A stretch of 33,044 nucleotides of DNA, from positions 1 to 33,044 of IMG/VR virus record IMGVR_UViG_3300037634_006342. One strand, 5' to 3'. Below, piece by piece: positions 9,002-15,989 of the stretch. Both the position numbers and the translations under genes were made by a program. The notes under the pieces were generated by a model. That model saw only the letters and a program-made list of their open reading frames with translations. It did no database searches and was not told where the DNA came from. This DNA comes from a virus (Duplodnaviria > Caudoviricetes). How positions within the stretch are numbered: position 1 is the stretch's first letter; each line of letters starts with the position of its first letter.

Positions 9002-9812
9002 TTTTATTCTCCATTAATGTTTTTATTCTTCTCGCGGTTTTTTCTGCAATCGGACAGTTTCCGCTAATGTTCATTTTTTTATAGATAGGTTGATTGTAAA
9101 CCACTTCGGGATAGTGGCCTTTTTCAGGGCCTCTCAAGCCCAGTTCAGATTTTATTCCTTTCATGTGTAATTTCATCTGTTCGTATGCCATCAAGCACAA
9201 AGGCTCAGCAAGTCTAAAATTAAAACCCAAATAAACGTGATTATATTTTCCTATCTGACCTTGATTACAAATAGCACGAACTTTAACTGAGTCTAGTTTG
9301 CTTGTTTTGGGAATACATATCATTCCACCCTCAAACGTAGAAATGTTTTTAGTTTTATAGAAACTAAATGTTCCTACATCGCTCATCATGCCGGCGTATT
9401 TGCCACAAGGAGTTGTTGCTCCAAAAGCTTGTGCGGTATCTTCAACAACTATTAAACCATACTTTTCAGCAATTTTATTAATCTTTTTCATATCACAGAC
9501 GCGGCCGTACAAATGTACCGGCACTATTGCTTTTGTTTTTTCTGTTATTGCTGCTTCTATTTTGTCAGGATCGATTAACAATGTATCCGGATCAATATCC
9601 ACAAACACCGGCTTCCCGCCAGCTATGAGAATAGCGTTTGAAGTAGCAATAAAAGTAAAGGGTGTTGTAATAACCTCATCATCTTCATCAAAGTCCATTG
9701 ACCACAAAGGAGCAATGAGGGCAGCCGTACCGTTATTAACAGCAATGCAGTCTTTTAAATCAAATCTTTCTTTCACATATTCTTCAAATATATTTCTAAC
9801 TACAGCCGGCAT
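8994..9812 (-). CDS. DegT/DnrJ/EryC1/StrS-family PLP sugar aminotransferase, shortened
   Basis: AVNNGTAAL, VITTPFTFIAT, TKAIVPVHLYG, VVEDTAQAFG, FSFYKTKNISTFEGGM (PLP lysine), GFNFRL; only 272 aa. Confidence 0.88.
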   Translation of the reverse strand: MPAVVRNIFEEYVKERFDLKDCIAVNNGTAALIAPLWSMDFDEDDEVITTPFTFIATSNAILIAGGKPVFVDIDPDTLLIDPDKIEAAITEKTKAIVPVHLYGRVCDMKKINKIAEKYGLIVVEDTAQAFGATTPCGKYAGMMSDVGTFSFYKTKNISTFEGGMICIPKTSKLDSVKVRAICNQGQIGKYNHVYLGFNFRLAEPLCLMAYEQMKLHMKGIKSELGLRGPEKGHYPEVVYNQPIYKKMNISGNCPIAEKTARRIKTLMENKNV

Positions 9813-9904
9813 TCTAAATCCATGAATGTTTTGTATCTTTCTGCTACACGCATCATATCATAATCCACATCCCATTCATTGTTAATCCCTTTTGCGAAAT
9901 CCAT
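9800..9904 (-). pseudogene. Headless 3' remnant of a GT4 gene homologous to 1829-2734
   Basis: Translates to MDFAKGINNEWDVDYDMMRVAERYKTFMDLECRL-stop, which aligns without gaps to LDFDKKVKNGYEMKYDMADVARFYMDFL at the end of the 1829-2734 product (11/28 identities plus several conservative changes). Confidence 0.75.
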
Positions 9905-10004
9905 CAATGAAAATATTAAAGTTTCATTTTTTGAGCCGGTAGCTGAAAATAATTATTCATCGCTGTATAATATAAAAAAACAAGGGAGAGAAATAAATGT
10001 CTAG
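9903..10004 (+). pseudogene. Probable headless 3' remnant of a plus-strand gene
   Basis: Open frame with no ATG (INENIKVSFFEPVAENNYSSLYNIKKQGREINV-stop) whose stop overlaps the ATG at 9997 by 8 bp, the same coupling seen at 974/981 and 8994/9001. Confidence 0.45.
9943..9971 (+). promoter_or_regulatory. Candidate sigma70-type promoter
   Basis: CTGAAA (9943-9948), 17-bp spacer, TATAAT (9966-9971), then SD GGGAG (9984-9988) and ATG at 9997. It sits where plus-strand transcription would need to restart after the inverted block. The region is AT-rich, so a chance match is possible. Confidence 0.35.
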
Positions 10005-10890
10005 ATGTTTAGTAACAGGCCACAGAGGGTATATTGGTTCGCACCTGCATAAGGCTTTAAAAGAATTAGGCCACGAGGTTATTGGTATTGATTTGGTTGA
10101 TGGCCGAGATATAAATGGTGTTGAAGGTCTAGCAGAGGGAACAGATGGAAGCTTTCAGCCGCATTGGGCGAACTTTAAACCTGAATACATTTTTCATTTA
10201 GCATGTATTCCGAGGGTTGTTTATAGTATGGAAGAGCCTGTGCTTACGATGGCCAACAATGTGTTAGCCACTAGTAACGTGTTGAATTTTGCTAGAAAGG
10301 TTGGCACGAAGCGTGTGATATACTCAGACTCGTCTTCTGTGGTTGGCAACGGGGATGGCCCTACAAGCCCTTACGCGTTGCAGAAATTGGTTTCGGAGAT
10401 GGAGTGTAAGCTATATGCTGACTTATACGGTCTTGATACGGTATCGTTGCGTTATTTTAATGTATATTCTCCGGATCAACAAGCAGGCAGCGCATATGCT
10501 ACGGCGGTGGCTAATTTTATGCAACACATAAGAGAAGGAAAAAATCCATTTATCACTGGGGACGGGGAACAACGTCGTGATATGGCCAACGTCAAGGATG
10601 TGGTGTCGGCAAATATTTTTGCAATGGAGCACAAAGAAAAGCTTGGTGGACAACATTTTGATGTAGGAGTGGGCTCTAATATATCTTTAAATGAAATAAA
10701 AGATGTAGTATTAAAATATTTTCCAAATGTACACTTTGATTACACACCCCCCCGCGCAGGGGAGGTGTTATGTACAAAAGCAAACATGAGCCAATTAAAA
10801 GAAATTGGCTGGGAATCAAGAATTAATATTAACGAAGGTATTAATGAGTGTTTTAGAGGACTAAAGAGAGAGCTAAATGATCAAGCGTGA
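9997..10890 (+). CDS. NAD-dependent NDP-sugar epimerase/dehydratase (UDP-glucose 4-epimerase-like)
   Basis: LVTGHRGYIGSHL, IFHLAC, SPYALQK, SLRYFNVY, GDGEQRRD. Confidence 0.87.
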   Translation: MSRCLVTGHRGYIGSHLHKALKELGHEVIGIDLVDGRDINGVEGLAEGTDGSFQPHWANFKPEYIFHLACIPRVVYSMEEPVLTMANNVLATSNVLNFARKVGTKRVIYSDSSSVVGNGDGPTSPYALQKLVSEMECKLYADLYGLDTVSLRYFNVYSPDQQAGSAYATAVANFMQHIREGKNPFITGDGEQRRDMANVKDVVSANIFAMEHKEKLGGQHFDVGVGSNISLNEIKDVVLKYFPNVHFDYTPPRAGEVLCTKANMSQLKEIGWESRININEGINECFRGLKRELNDQA

Positions 10891-10902
10891 AGAGGACAAA
10901 GA

Positions 10903-11094
10903 ATGAAGATAGGAATAGTTGGCATAGGTGTAGTAGGGGCTGCGGTTAAACATGGTTTTGAAAGTGTAAAACGATATGATTGGCGTAAAACTGATCATTC
11001 ACATGTTGACGACTACAGTTAATCGTGTTTACCGCACATGGATAAAGAAAATGGTTTAATTATGAGTTTAAATGTGGAGTGTATAAAGTTGTAG
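10903..11094 (+). pseudogene. Chimeric deletion scar: N terminus of an NDP-sugar dehydrogenase fused in frame to the C terminus of a probable SAM methyltransferase, with an internal stop
   Basis: After SD GAGGA the frame reads MKIGIVGIGVVGAAVKHGFE (paralogous to the start of 974-1825), then SVKRYDWRKTDHSHVDDYS-TAA(11020-11022)-SCLPHMDKENGLIMSLNVECIK. I recognise the second half from memory as the YDWR...DD.SQ.YLPHMDKE.G..MSLNVE tail of a methyltransferase family. Confidence 0.7.
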
Positions 11095-11148
11095 AGCGTT
11101 ATAGATGAGGCGCGAGCTTTTGAGTTTTAATATAAAGGAGAGGAGAAA

Positions 11149-12081
11149 ATGTCATTTTGGAAAGATAAGAAAATTTTAGTAACCGGCGCTCACGGTTTTG
11201 TAGGGCAGAACTTGATGAATTTGTTAGGTAAAAAAGAATGTAATGTTTTAATGCCCAACAAATTGGAACTAGATTTAACCAAAGAAGAAGAAGTTAAATC
11301 CTATTTTTTTAATCATAGACCTAATATTGTATTACATTTGGCAGGCAAAGTAGGAGGAATCGCCGCAAATAAAGCAGCGCTTGGAGAGTTTTTCTATAAA
11401 AACATTATGATGGGTACCCTCGTGATGGAATATGCAAGACAAGCGGGTTGTGAAAAGGTGGTTGCTCTTGCGGCTGGGTGCGGCTATCCAAAATATCTCC
11501 CAGTGCCGTACACTGAAGAAGATTTTTGGAAAGATCTTCCTGACGAAAATTCTATAGGATATTCGATGGCTAAGAAGAATTTAATTATTCAATCTTGGAC
11601 TTATAGAGAACAATATGGGTTCAATTCAGTTGTTCTCTTACCAGCAAATTTATATGGCCCTTACGATAATTTTGATTTAGAAACTTCTCACGTTGTACCG
11701 GCTCTGATTAGAAAATTCATTGAAGCTAAAGAAGGCGATTCTGATCAGGTGGAAGTTTGGGGCACCGGCACAGCATCAAGAGAATTTTTATATTCTCTCG
11801 ACACAGCGAAAGCAATTTTGGATATGGCAGAAATGGTAAACGAAAGCGGCCCTTTTAATTTGGGCACAGGAATAGAAACGACAATTAGAGAATTGGTTAA
11901 AACTATTGCGGATCTTGTAGGATTTGAAGGAGAAGTTGTTTGGGATACATCAAGACCAGATGGTCAACCAAGAAGATTTTATGATATGTCAAAATTTAAA
12001 AAAGCGTTGGGGTATGTTCCTTCCACATCCCTAGAGGAGGGGTTGAAAGAGACGATTAAATGGTACGGAGGAAACAGATGA
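11149..12081 (+). CDS. fcl: GDP-L-fucose synthase-like (GDP-4-keto-6-deoxy-sugar epimerase/reductase)
   Basis: LVTGAHGFVG, HLAGKVGGIAAN, YSMAK, PANLYGPYDNFDLETSHVVPALIRKF, WGTGTASREFLY, WDTSRPDGQPRR; strong SD AAGGAGAGGAG. Confidence 0.88.
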   Translation: MSFWKDKKILVTGAHGFVGQNLMNLLGKKECNVLMPNKLELDLTKEEEVKSYFFNHRPNIVLHLAGKVGGIAANKAALGEFFYKNIMMGTLVMEYARQAGCEKVVALAAGCGYPKYLPVPYTEEDFWKDLPDENSIGYSMAKKNLIIQSWTYREQYGFNSVVLLPANLYGPYDNFDLETSHVVPALIRKFIEAKEGDSDQVEVWGTGTASREFLYSLDTAKAILDMAEMVNESGPFNLGTGIETTIRELVKTIADLVGFEGEVVWDTSRPDGQPRRFYDMSKFKKALGYVPSTSLEEGLKETIKWYGGNR

Positions 12082-12090
12082 AGGGGGTGT

Positions 12091-12525
12091 ATGAAGATGT
12101 CAAATCAAGGATCTAGAAAATATTTGCCAACTCTTTCAGAGTTGATTGATCGACTTTCAATCTCTCAGTTGAAAGAAGTTTTTATCACGGATCATAAAGA
12201 AGAATATTCTCAAGAAATTGCGGAGATAATACATGATATTCAACTTTGTTTGGATGAGCAAGGGGGTAAGGTTACGGCTGAAGCAATAAGAGCTATTGTT
12301 GTTTTGTCTCAAATGAATTTGCACATTTGGCACAACGAATCAAATTATCGTAAAGGTATTAAAGATGGTAATAATTTAGAATTAACCCATGGGCTGAATG
12401 GAATTAGAAACACAGCCAAAAATAAAATTCAAGAGATTGCCGGTGGAAGAAAAGATTATAAAATTGATTGCCTCGCAGCGGATTTTAAAGACTGGGAGAT
12501 TAGCTGGTATAAAAATAATAAATAA
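12091..12525 (+). CDS. Helical hypothetical protein (DUF4254/DUF6165-like motif)
   Basis: Co-oriented 144-aa ORF filling the gap between two sugar genes; LSELIDRLSISQLKE resembles the ELID(K/R)L(S/T)IL.(I/L)K motif of these DUFs. Family call is tentative. Confidence 0.6.
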   Translation: MKMSNQGSRKYLPTLSELIDRLSISQLKEVFITDHKEEYSQEIAEIIHDIQLCLDEQGGKVTAEAIRAIVVLSQMNLHIWHNESNYRKGIKDGNNLELTHGLNGIRNTAKNKIQEIAGGRKDYKIDCLAADFKDWEISWYKNNK

Positions 12526-12536
12526 GAGTTTTATTC

Positions 12537-13544
12537 ATGAAAAATGCGTTAATAACTGGAATAACTGGCATGGTTGGCTCACACTTAGCTGATTACTTGT
12601 TGGAACACACAGAGTGGGAAATCTATGGTATAGCTAGGTGGAACGATAAGATGGACAATATAGAGCATCTTATGCCGAGGATAAATAACAAAGAAAGAAT
12701 TCATCTATTAAATGCCGATATTAACGATTTGGCGTCTTTGTTGGAGTGTTTCTCAAAAGCCAAGCCAGACTATGTTTTTCATCTCGCTGCTCAAAGCTAC
12801 CCTAAAACCAGCTTCTCAGCGCCTCTCGAAACACTTGAGACAAACGTGCTGGGTACCGCAAAGGTTTTGGAGGCGATGAGGGTCCTGGGCCAAAATCCTG
12901 TTACACATGTCTGTGCATCGTCGGAGATTTTTGGTCGAGTTCCAAGAGAATTTCTTCCAATTCACGAGGATGTTACTTTTCATCCAGCGTCCCCTTATGC
13001 AATATCTAAAGTGGGGACGGATTTAATTGGAAGATTTTACGCCGAAGCGTATGATATGTGCGTTATGACTACTAGGATGTTTACTCACACTGGTCCTCGC
13101 CGTGGGGACGTGTTTGCTGAATCGACTTTTGCGAAGCAGATCGCCATGATCGAAGAGGGGATGATTGCCCCTGTTATAAAAGTTGGGAATTTAGACTCGT
13201 TAAGGACTTGGTCGGATGTTAGAGATGCCGTTAGGGCATATTATCTTTTAGTTACGGTCAACCCAGTGGCAGGAGAATATTATAATATTGGGGGATCCTT
13301 TAGCTGCACCATCAGAGATATGTTGAACCACTTGTTATCCATTTCTTCTGTAAACAACATTAAGGTGGAAGTCGATCCGGAACGGTTGAGGCCGATTGAC
13401 GCTGATTTGCAGGTACCGGATACGAAGAAGTTTAAAACACACACAGGGTGGGAACCACAGATAACGTTTGAACAAACAATGCAAGATCTGCTAGATTATT
13501 GGAGACACCAGGTCAAAACTGGTAGGAACTTCTTAACACGATGA
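12537..13544 (+). CDS. gmd: GDP-mannose 4,6-dehydratase family, DmhA/WcbK-like (GDP-manno-heptose 4,6-dehydratase subtype)
   Basis: ALITGITGMVGSHLADYLL, RW...MDNI.HL, FHLAAQSYPKTSF, SPYAISK, TRMFTHTGPRRGDVFAESTFAKQIA, VGNLDSLRT, RLRPIDAD. Confidence 0.85.
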   Translation: MKNALITGITGMVGSHLADYLLEHTEWEIYGIARWNDKMDNIEHLMPRINNKERIHLLNADINDLASLLECFSKAKPDYVFHLAAQSYPKTSFSAPLETLETNVLGTAKVLEAMRVLGQNPVTHVCASSEIFGRVPREFLPIHEDVTFHPASPYAISKVGTDLIGRFYAEAYDMCVMTTRMFTHTGPRRGDVFAESTFAKQIAMIEEGMIAPVIKVGNLDSLRTWSDVRDAVRAYYLLVTVNPVAGEYYNIGGSFSCTIRDMLNHLLSISSVNNIKVEVDPERLRPIDADLQVPDTKKFKTHTGWEPQITFEQTMQDLLDYWRHQVKTGRNFLTR

Positions 13545-14281
13545 AAATTTTAGTTATTGGAGAGACTTGCAAAGATATTTTTCATTATGGTGATTGTAGT
13601 AGGCTGTGTCCCGATGCGCCCGTGCCAGTGTTTAAGCTGATAAGCACTAAGGAGAATTGGGGAATGGCTAGAAATGTTGAAAGTAACATTCACTCTTTGG
13701 GTTCTGAGGTTGGCTTAATAACGAACAGAAGCGCAGCAACAATAACAAAAATTAGATATATGGATAATAGAACCAATCATATGTTTTTGAGAGTGGACGA
13801 GAATGATGATGAGTATGGAATGTTGACGGAAGAGGAAATGGAAAAAGTGGATTTTTCTCAATACGATGCTGTGGCGGTGTCCGATTACAACAAAGGATTT
13901 TTGTCTGAGGAAATATTAAAAAAAATATCTTTGCTGCACGATATTGTTCTCATTGACACTAAGAGAGTGGTAGGGGAGTGGGCTGAAGATTTTTTGTTTA
14001 TCAAGCTTAACAGCAAAGAACATGAGAGCACCAAACACACATTGACTGAAAAACTAATAAACAAGGTGATAGTGACCAAGGGCCCACAGGGCGCACAGCA
14101 CGGGGAGTCTTTATACCCCGTTCCTGCGGTGGAAGTTAAAGATACCTCTGGGGCTGGTGATACGTTCATGGCCGCGCTATGTTTTAAGTATGTGGAGAGC
14201 CGGGATATTGGCACGGCTATAAGGTTTGCCAATGAATGTGCCACAAGAGTGGTGCAGAGAAGAGGTGTTAACATAATATGA
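13541..14281 (+). CDS. rfaE1: RfaE/HldE domain I-like PfkB sugar kinase (heptose-7-phosphate kinase-like)
   Basis: ILVIGE, RLCPDAPVPV, SDYNKGFL, VTKGPQGA, VKDTSGAGDTF. Confidence 0.82.
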   Translation: MKILVIGETCKDIFHYGDCSRLCPDAPVPVFKLISTKENWGMARNVESNIHSLGSEVGLITNRSAATITKIRYMDNRTNHMFLRVDENDDEYGMLTEEEMEKVDFSQYDAVAVSDYNKGFLSEEILKKISLLHDIVLIDTKRVVGEWAEDFLFIKLNSKEHESTKHTLTEKLINKVIVTKGPQGAQHGESLYPVPAVEVKDTSGAGDTFMAALCFKYVESRDIGTAIRFANECATRVVQRRGVNII

Positions 14282-14676
14282 AAACCATTTTTACAAATGG
14301 ATGTTTTGATGTTCTTCATCGTGGACATTTTGAATTACTTAAATATTGCAAAAGCTTGGGGCATGTTATTGTGGGCTTAAATAGTGATTCAAGCGTGCGC
14401 AGGCTAAAGACGAAAGAAAGACCCTTTTTCTCTGAGGAAGATAGAAAGTTTATGCTCTTGGGGTGCAAATATGTAGATGAAGTTATAGTTTTTAACAATG
14501 ATACCCCCTATGAGTTAATTAAAAGTTTAAAGCCTGATATAATTGTAAAGGGAGGCGACTATGATCTGCGGGAAGTCGTTGGGAGTGATTTGGCTCCGGT
14601 CAAAATTTTTAACTATGTTGATGGGTTTTCAACCACTAATATCTTAGAAAGCTATAGAGTACGAGGAAGCCAATGA
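14278..14676 (+). CDS. rfaE2: RfaE/HldE domain II-like nucleotidyltransferase (heptose-1-phosphate adenylyltransferase-like)
   Basis: FTNGCFDVLHRGH, VGLNSDSSVRRLK, TPYELIKSLKPDIIVKGGDY, GFSTT. Confidence 0.85.
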   Translation: MKTIFTNGCFDVLHRGHFELLKYCKSLGHVIVGLNSDSSVRRLKTKERPFFSEEDRKFMLLGCKYVDEVIVFNNDTPYELIKSLKPDIIVKGGDYDLREVVGSDLAPVKIFNYVDGFSTTNILESYRVRGSQ

Positions 14677-15035
14677 CAGAAATTGATATAAAGTTTGTTC
14701 CTAAAGGTTGGGGATTCGAAAAGTGGATCGTTAACAATGAGGAATATTGTGGAAAGTTATTATATTTTGTGAAAGGAAAGCGATGTTCGTGGCACTATCA
14801 TAAATTGAAGGATGAAGTGTTTTATGTTCAATCTGGAAAAATTTTAGTGAAATATTCCGAGCAAGATAGTTTAGAATTGGCTGAGGGGGTTATTCTTGAG
14901 CCGGGAGACAATTTTCACGTATATCGCGGCCTGAGACACCAGATGGTAGCGCTACAAGATACCGAGTTGTTTGAATTCTCCACACAACATTTAGATGAAG
15001 ATAGCTATAGAATTATTAAAGGTGATGTTAGATAA
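14673..15035 (+). CDS. Cupin-domain sugar isomerase-like protein
   Basis: VPKGWGFEKWIVN, YCGKLL, CSWHYHKLKDEVFYV, RHQMVA, EFSTQH..EDSYR. Confidence 0.78.
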   Translation: MTEIDIKFVPKGWGFEKWIVNNEEYCGKLLYFVKGKRCSWHYHKLKDEVFYVQSGKILVKYSEQDSLELAEGVILEPGDNFHVYRGLRHQMVALQDTELFEFSTQHLDEDSYRIIKGDVR

Positions 15036-15136
15036 GAGTTCCGGATATAACAAAAATTAGAAAAGAATTGGGTTTTGAGCCTACTTGTAAGATAAGAGAG
15101 TTAATAAAGAAGTGTTTGTCAAATTATACAAATTAA
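15032..15136 (+). pseudogene. Headless 3' remnant of an NDP-sugar epimerase/dehydratase
   Basis: Frame reads IRVPDITKIRKELGFEPTCKIRELIKKCLSNYTN-stop, the typical extended-SDR tail (R.PD..K...LG(W/F).P). Its TAA overlaps the SD AAGGAG of the next gene. Confidence 0.72.
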
Positions 15137-15146
15137 GGAGTTTAAA

Positions 15147-15356
15147 ATGTTGAAATTGTCCGATGAAGCGTTAGGCGCAGTGATGCTGGCACTACAGAAG
15201 TCGTTATTAGAGCAGAGTGATATACTACCCGTGCTTAAAGGGTTTGATTTCAAAGTCAACGAGGAAGGAGAATTGTTTGTTATGAACCCTCCTATTGTTA
15301 AGTTTGGGCTAGAAGAAGTGCAGGAAGAGGAGCTAGAAGCTATAGGGAGCGACTAG
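15147..15356 (+). CDS. Small hypothetical protein
   Basis: 69-aa co-oriented ORF with SD AAGGAG and acidic tail. Confidence 0.7.
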   Translation: MLKLSDEALGAVMLALQKSLLEQSDILPVLKGFDFKVNEEGELFVMNPPIVKFGLEEVQEEELEAIGSD

Positions 15357-15358
15357 TA

Positions 15359-15613
15359 GTGCCTAAGTATAAATATAGGTGCACTGATTGTGAACATCAG
15401 TTTGTTACTTTTCACTCTCTTAGGGAGAAATTATGTGACTGCCCTGTTTGTGGCATAATTGATTCTCTAATTAGGATACCTGGCATATTTGCATCTAGCG
15501 GTACGGGCGCCGTAGAGGGCCAGGCAGGGTCAGTGGTGAAGGAAAAAATAAAACAGTTTAAAGAAGACCTTGAAAGACAAAAGCAGGAGAGGAGTAGAGA
15601 GAATCATGAATAG
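15359..15613 (+). CDS. FmdB-family zinc-ribbon protein
   Basis: MPKYKYRCTDCEHQF...CPVCG...LIRI pattern; GTG start after GGGAG. Confidence 0.78.
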   Translation: MPKYKYRCTDCEHQFVTFHSLREKLCDCPVCGIIDSLIRIPGIFASSGTGAVEGQAGSVVKEKIKQFKEDLERQKQERSRENHE

Positions 15614-15989
15614 ATTTGTATTGCTAGCGTCGGTTTTGACAAACGGAATTTTGATTATGGCGGTGATGGGAGTTATGCCTTTCTTGTTGTTTCTTTTGAC
15701 CGTTGTATGCATGGGTCTTGTGTGGTATACAAGGCGGCTTCTCCAGCAGCTACATAGAGTGGGCGATGATATTGAGTCAGTAAACCTGTTGGTGGGGGGC
15801 TTCATTGCCCACGTTGAGTCTATTCATGAACTAGAAATGTTTTATGGAGACGAGACACTTCAGGGGCTAATAAATCATTCTAAACAGACTTCGTCTCAGC
15901 TAGACGAGATTCTTGAAAGATACGACATTGAACAGGAGGATCTTAGTGACGAAGAAGAAGAAGAACCAATATTTCACCAAAGTTCATGA
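15606..15989 (+). CDS. Hypothetical membrane protein with N-terminal hydrophobic segments and a helical acidic C terminus
   Basis: Likely ATG at 15606 (8-bp overlap with the upstream gene); ~40 hydrophobic residues FVLLASVLTNGILIMAVMGVMPFLLFLLTVVCMGLVWY. Confidence 0.68.
   Translation: MNRFVLLASVLTNGILIMAVMGVMPFLLFLLTVVCMGLVWYTRRLLQQLHRVGDDIESVNLLVGGFIAHVESIHELEMFYGDETLQGLINHSKQTSSQLDEILERYDIEQEDLSDEEEEEPIFHQSS

Noticed and set aside
6372-9910. Invertase-controlled phase-variable segment
   Set aside because: No inverted repeats were noticed at the two junctions, no recombinase is in the window, and the broken gene ends do not complement each other.
11020-11022. Stop-codon recoding or readthrough
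   Set aside because: TAA, TAG and TGA all end genes normally here and very long ORFs are open in code 11; this TAA lies in a chimeric remnant.
11095-11130. Another possible gene tail (SVIDEARAFEF-stop) before the fcl SD
   Set aside because: Eleven codons are too few to assign homology by eye.
1-15136. Ordinary bacterial O-antigen or capsule locus
   Set aside because: No flippase, polymerase, exporter or initiating transferase in the window; several enzymes are shortened; the cluster runs directly into sigma and baseplate genes. The unseen upstream flank remains a caveat.
15606-15989. Holin or spanin
   Set aside because: Only the hydrophobic N terminus supports it; there is no adjacent endolysin or lipobox partner.
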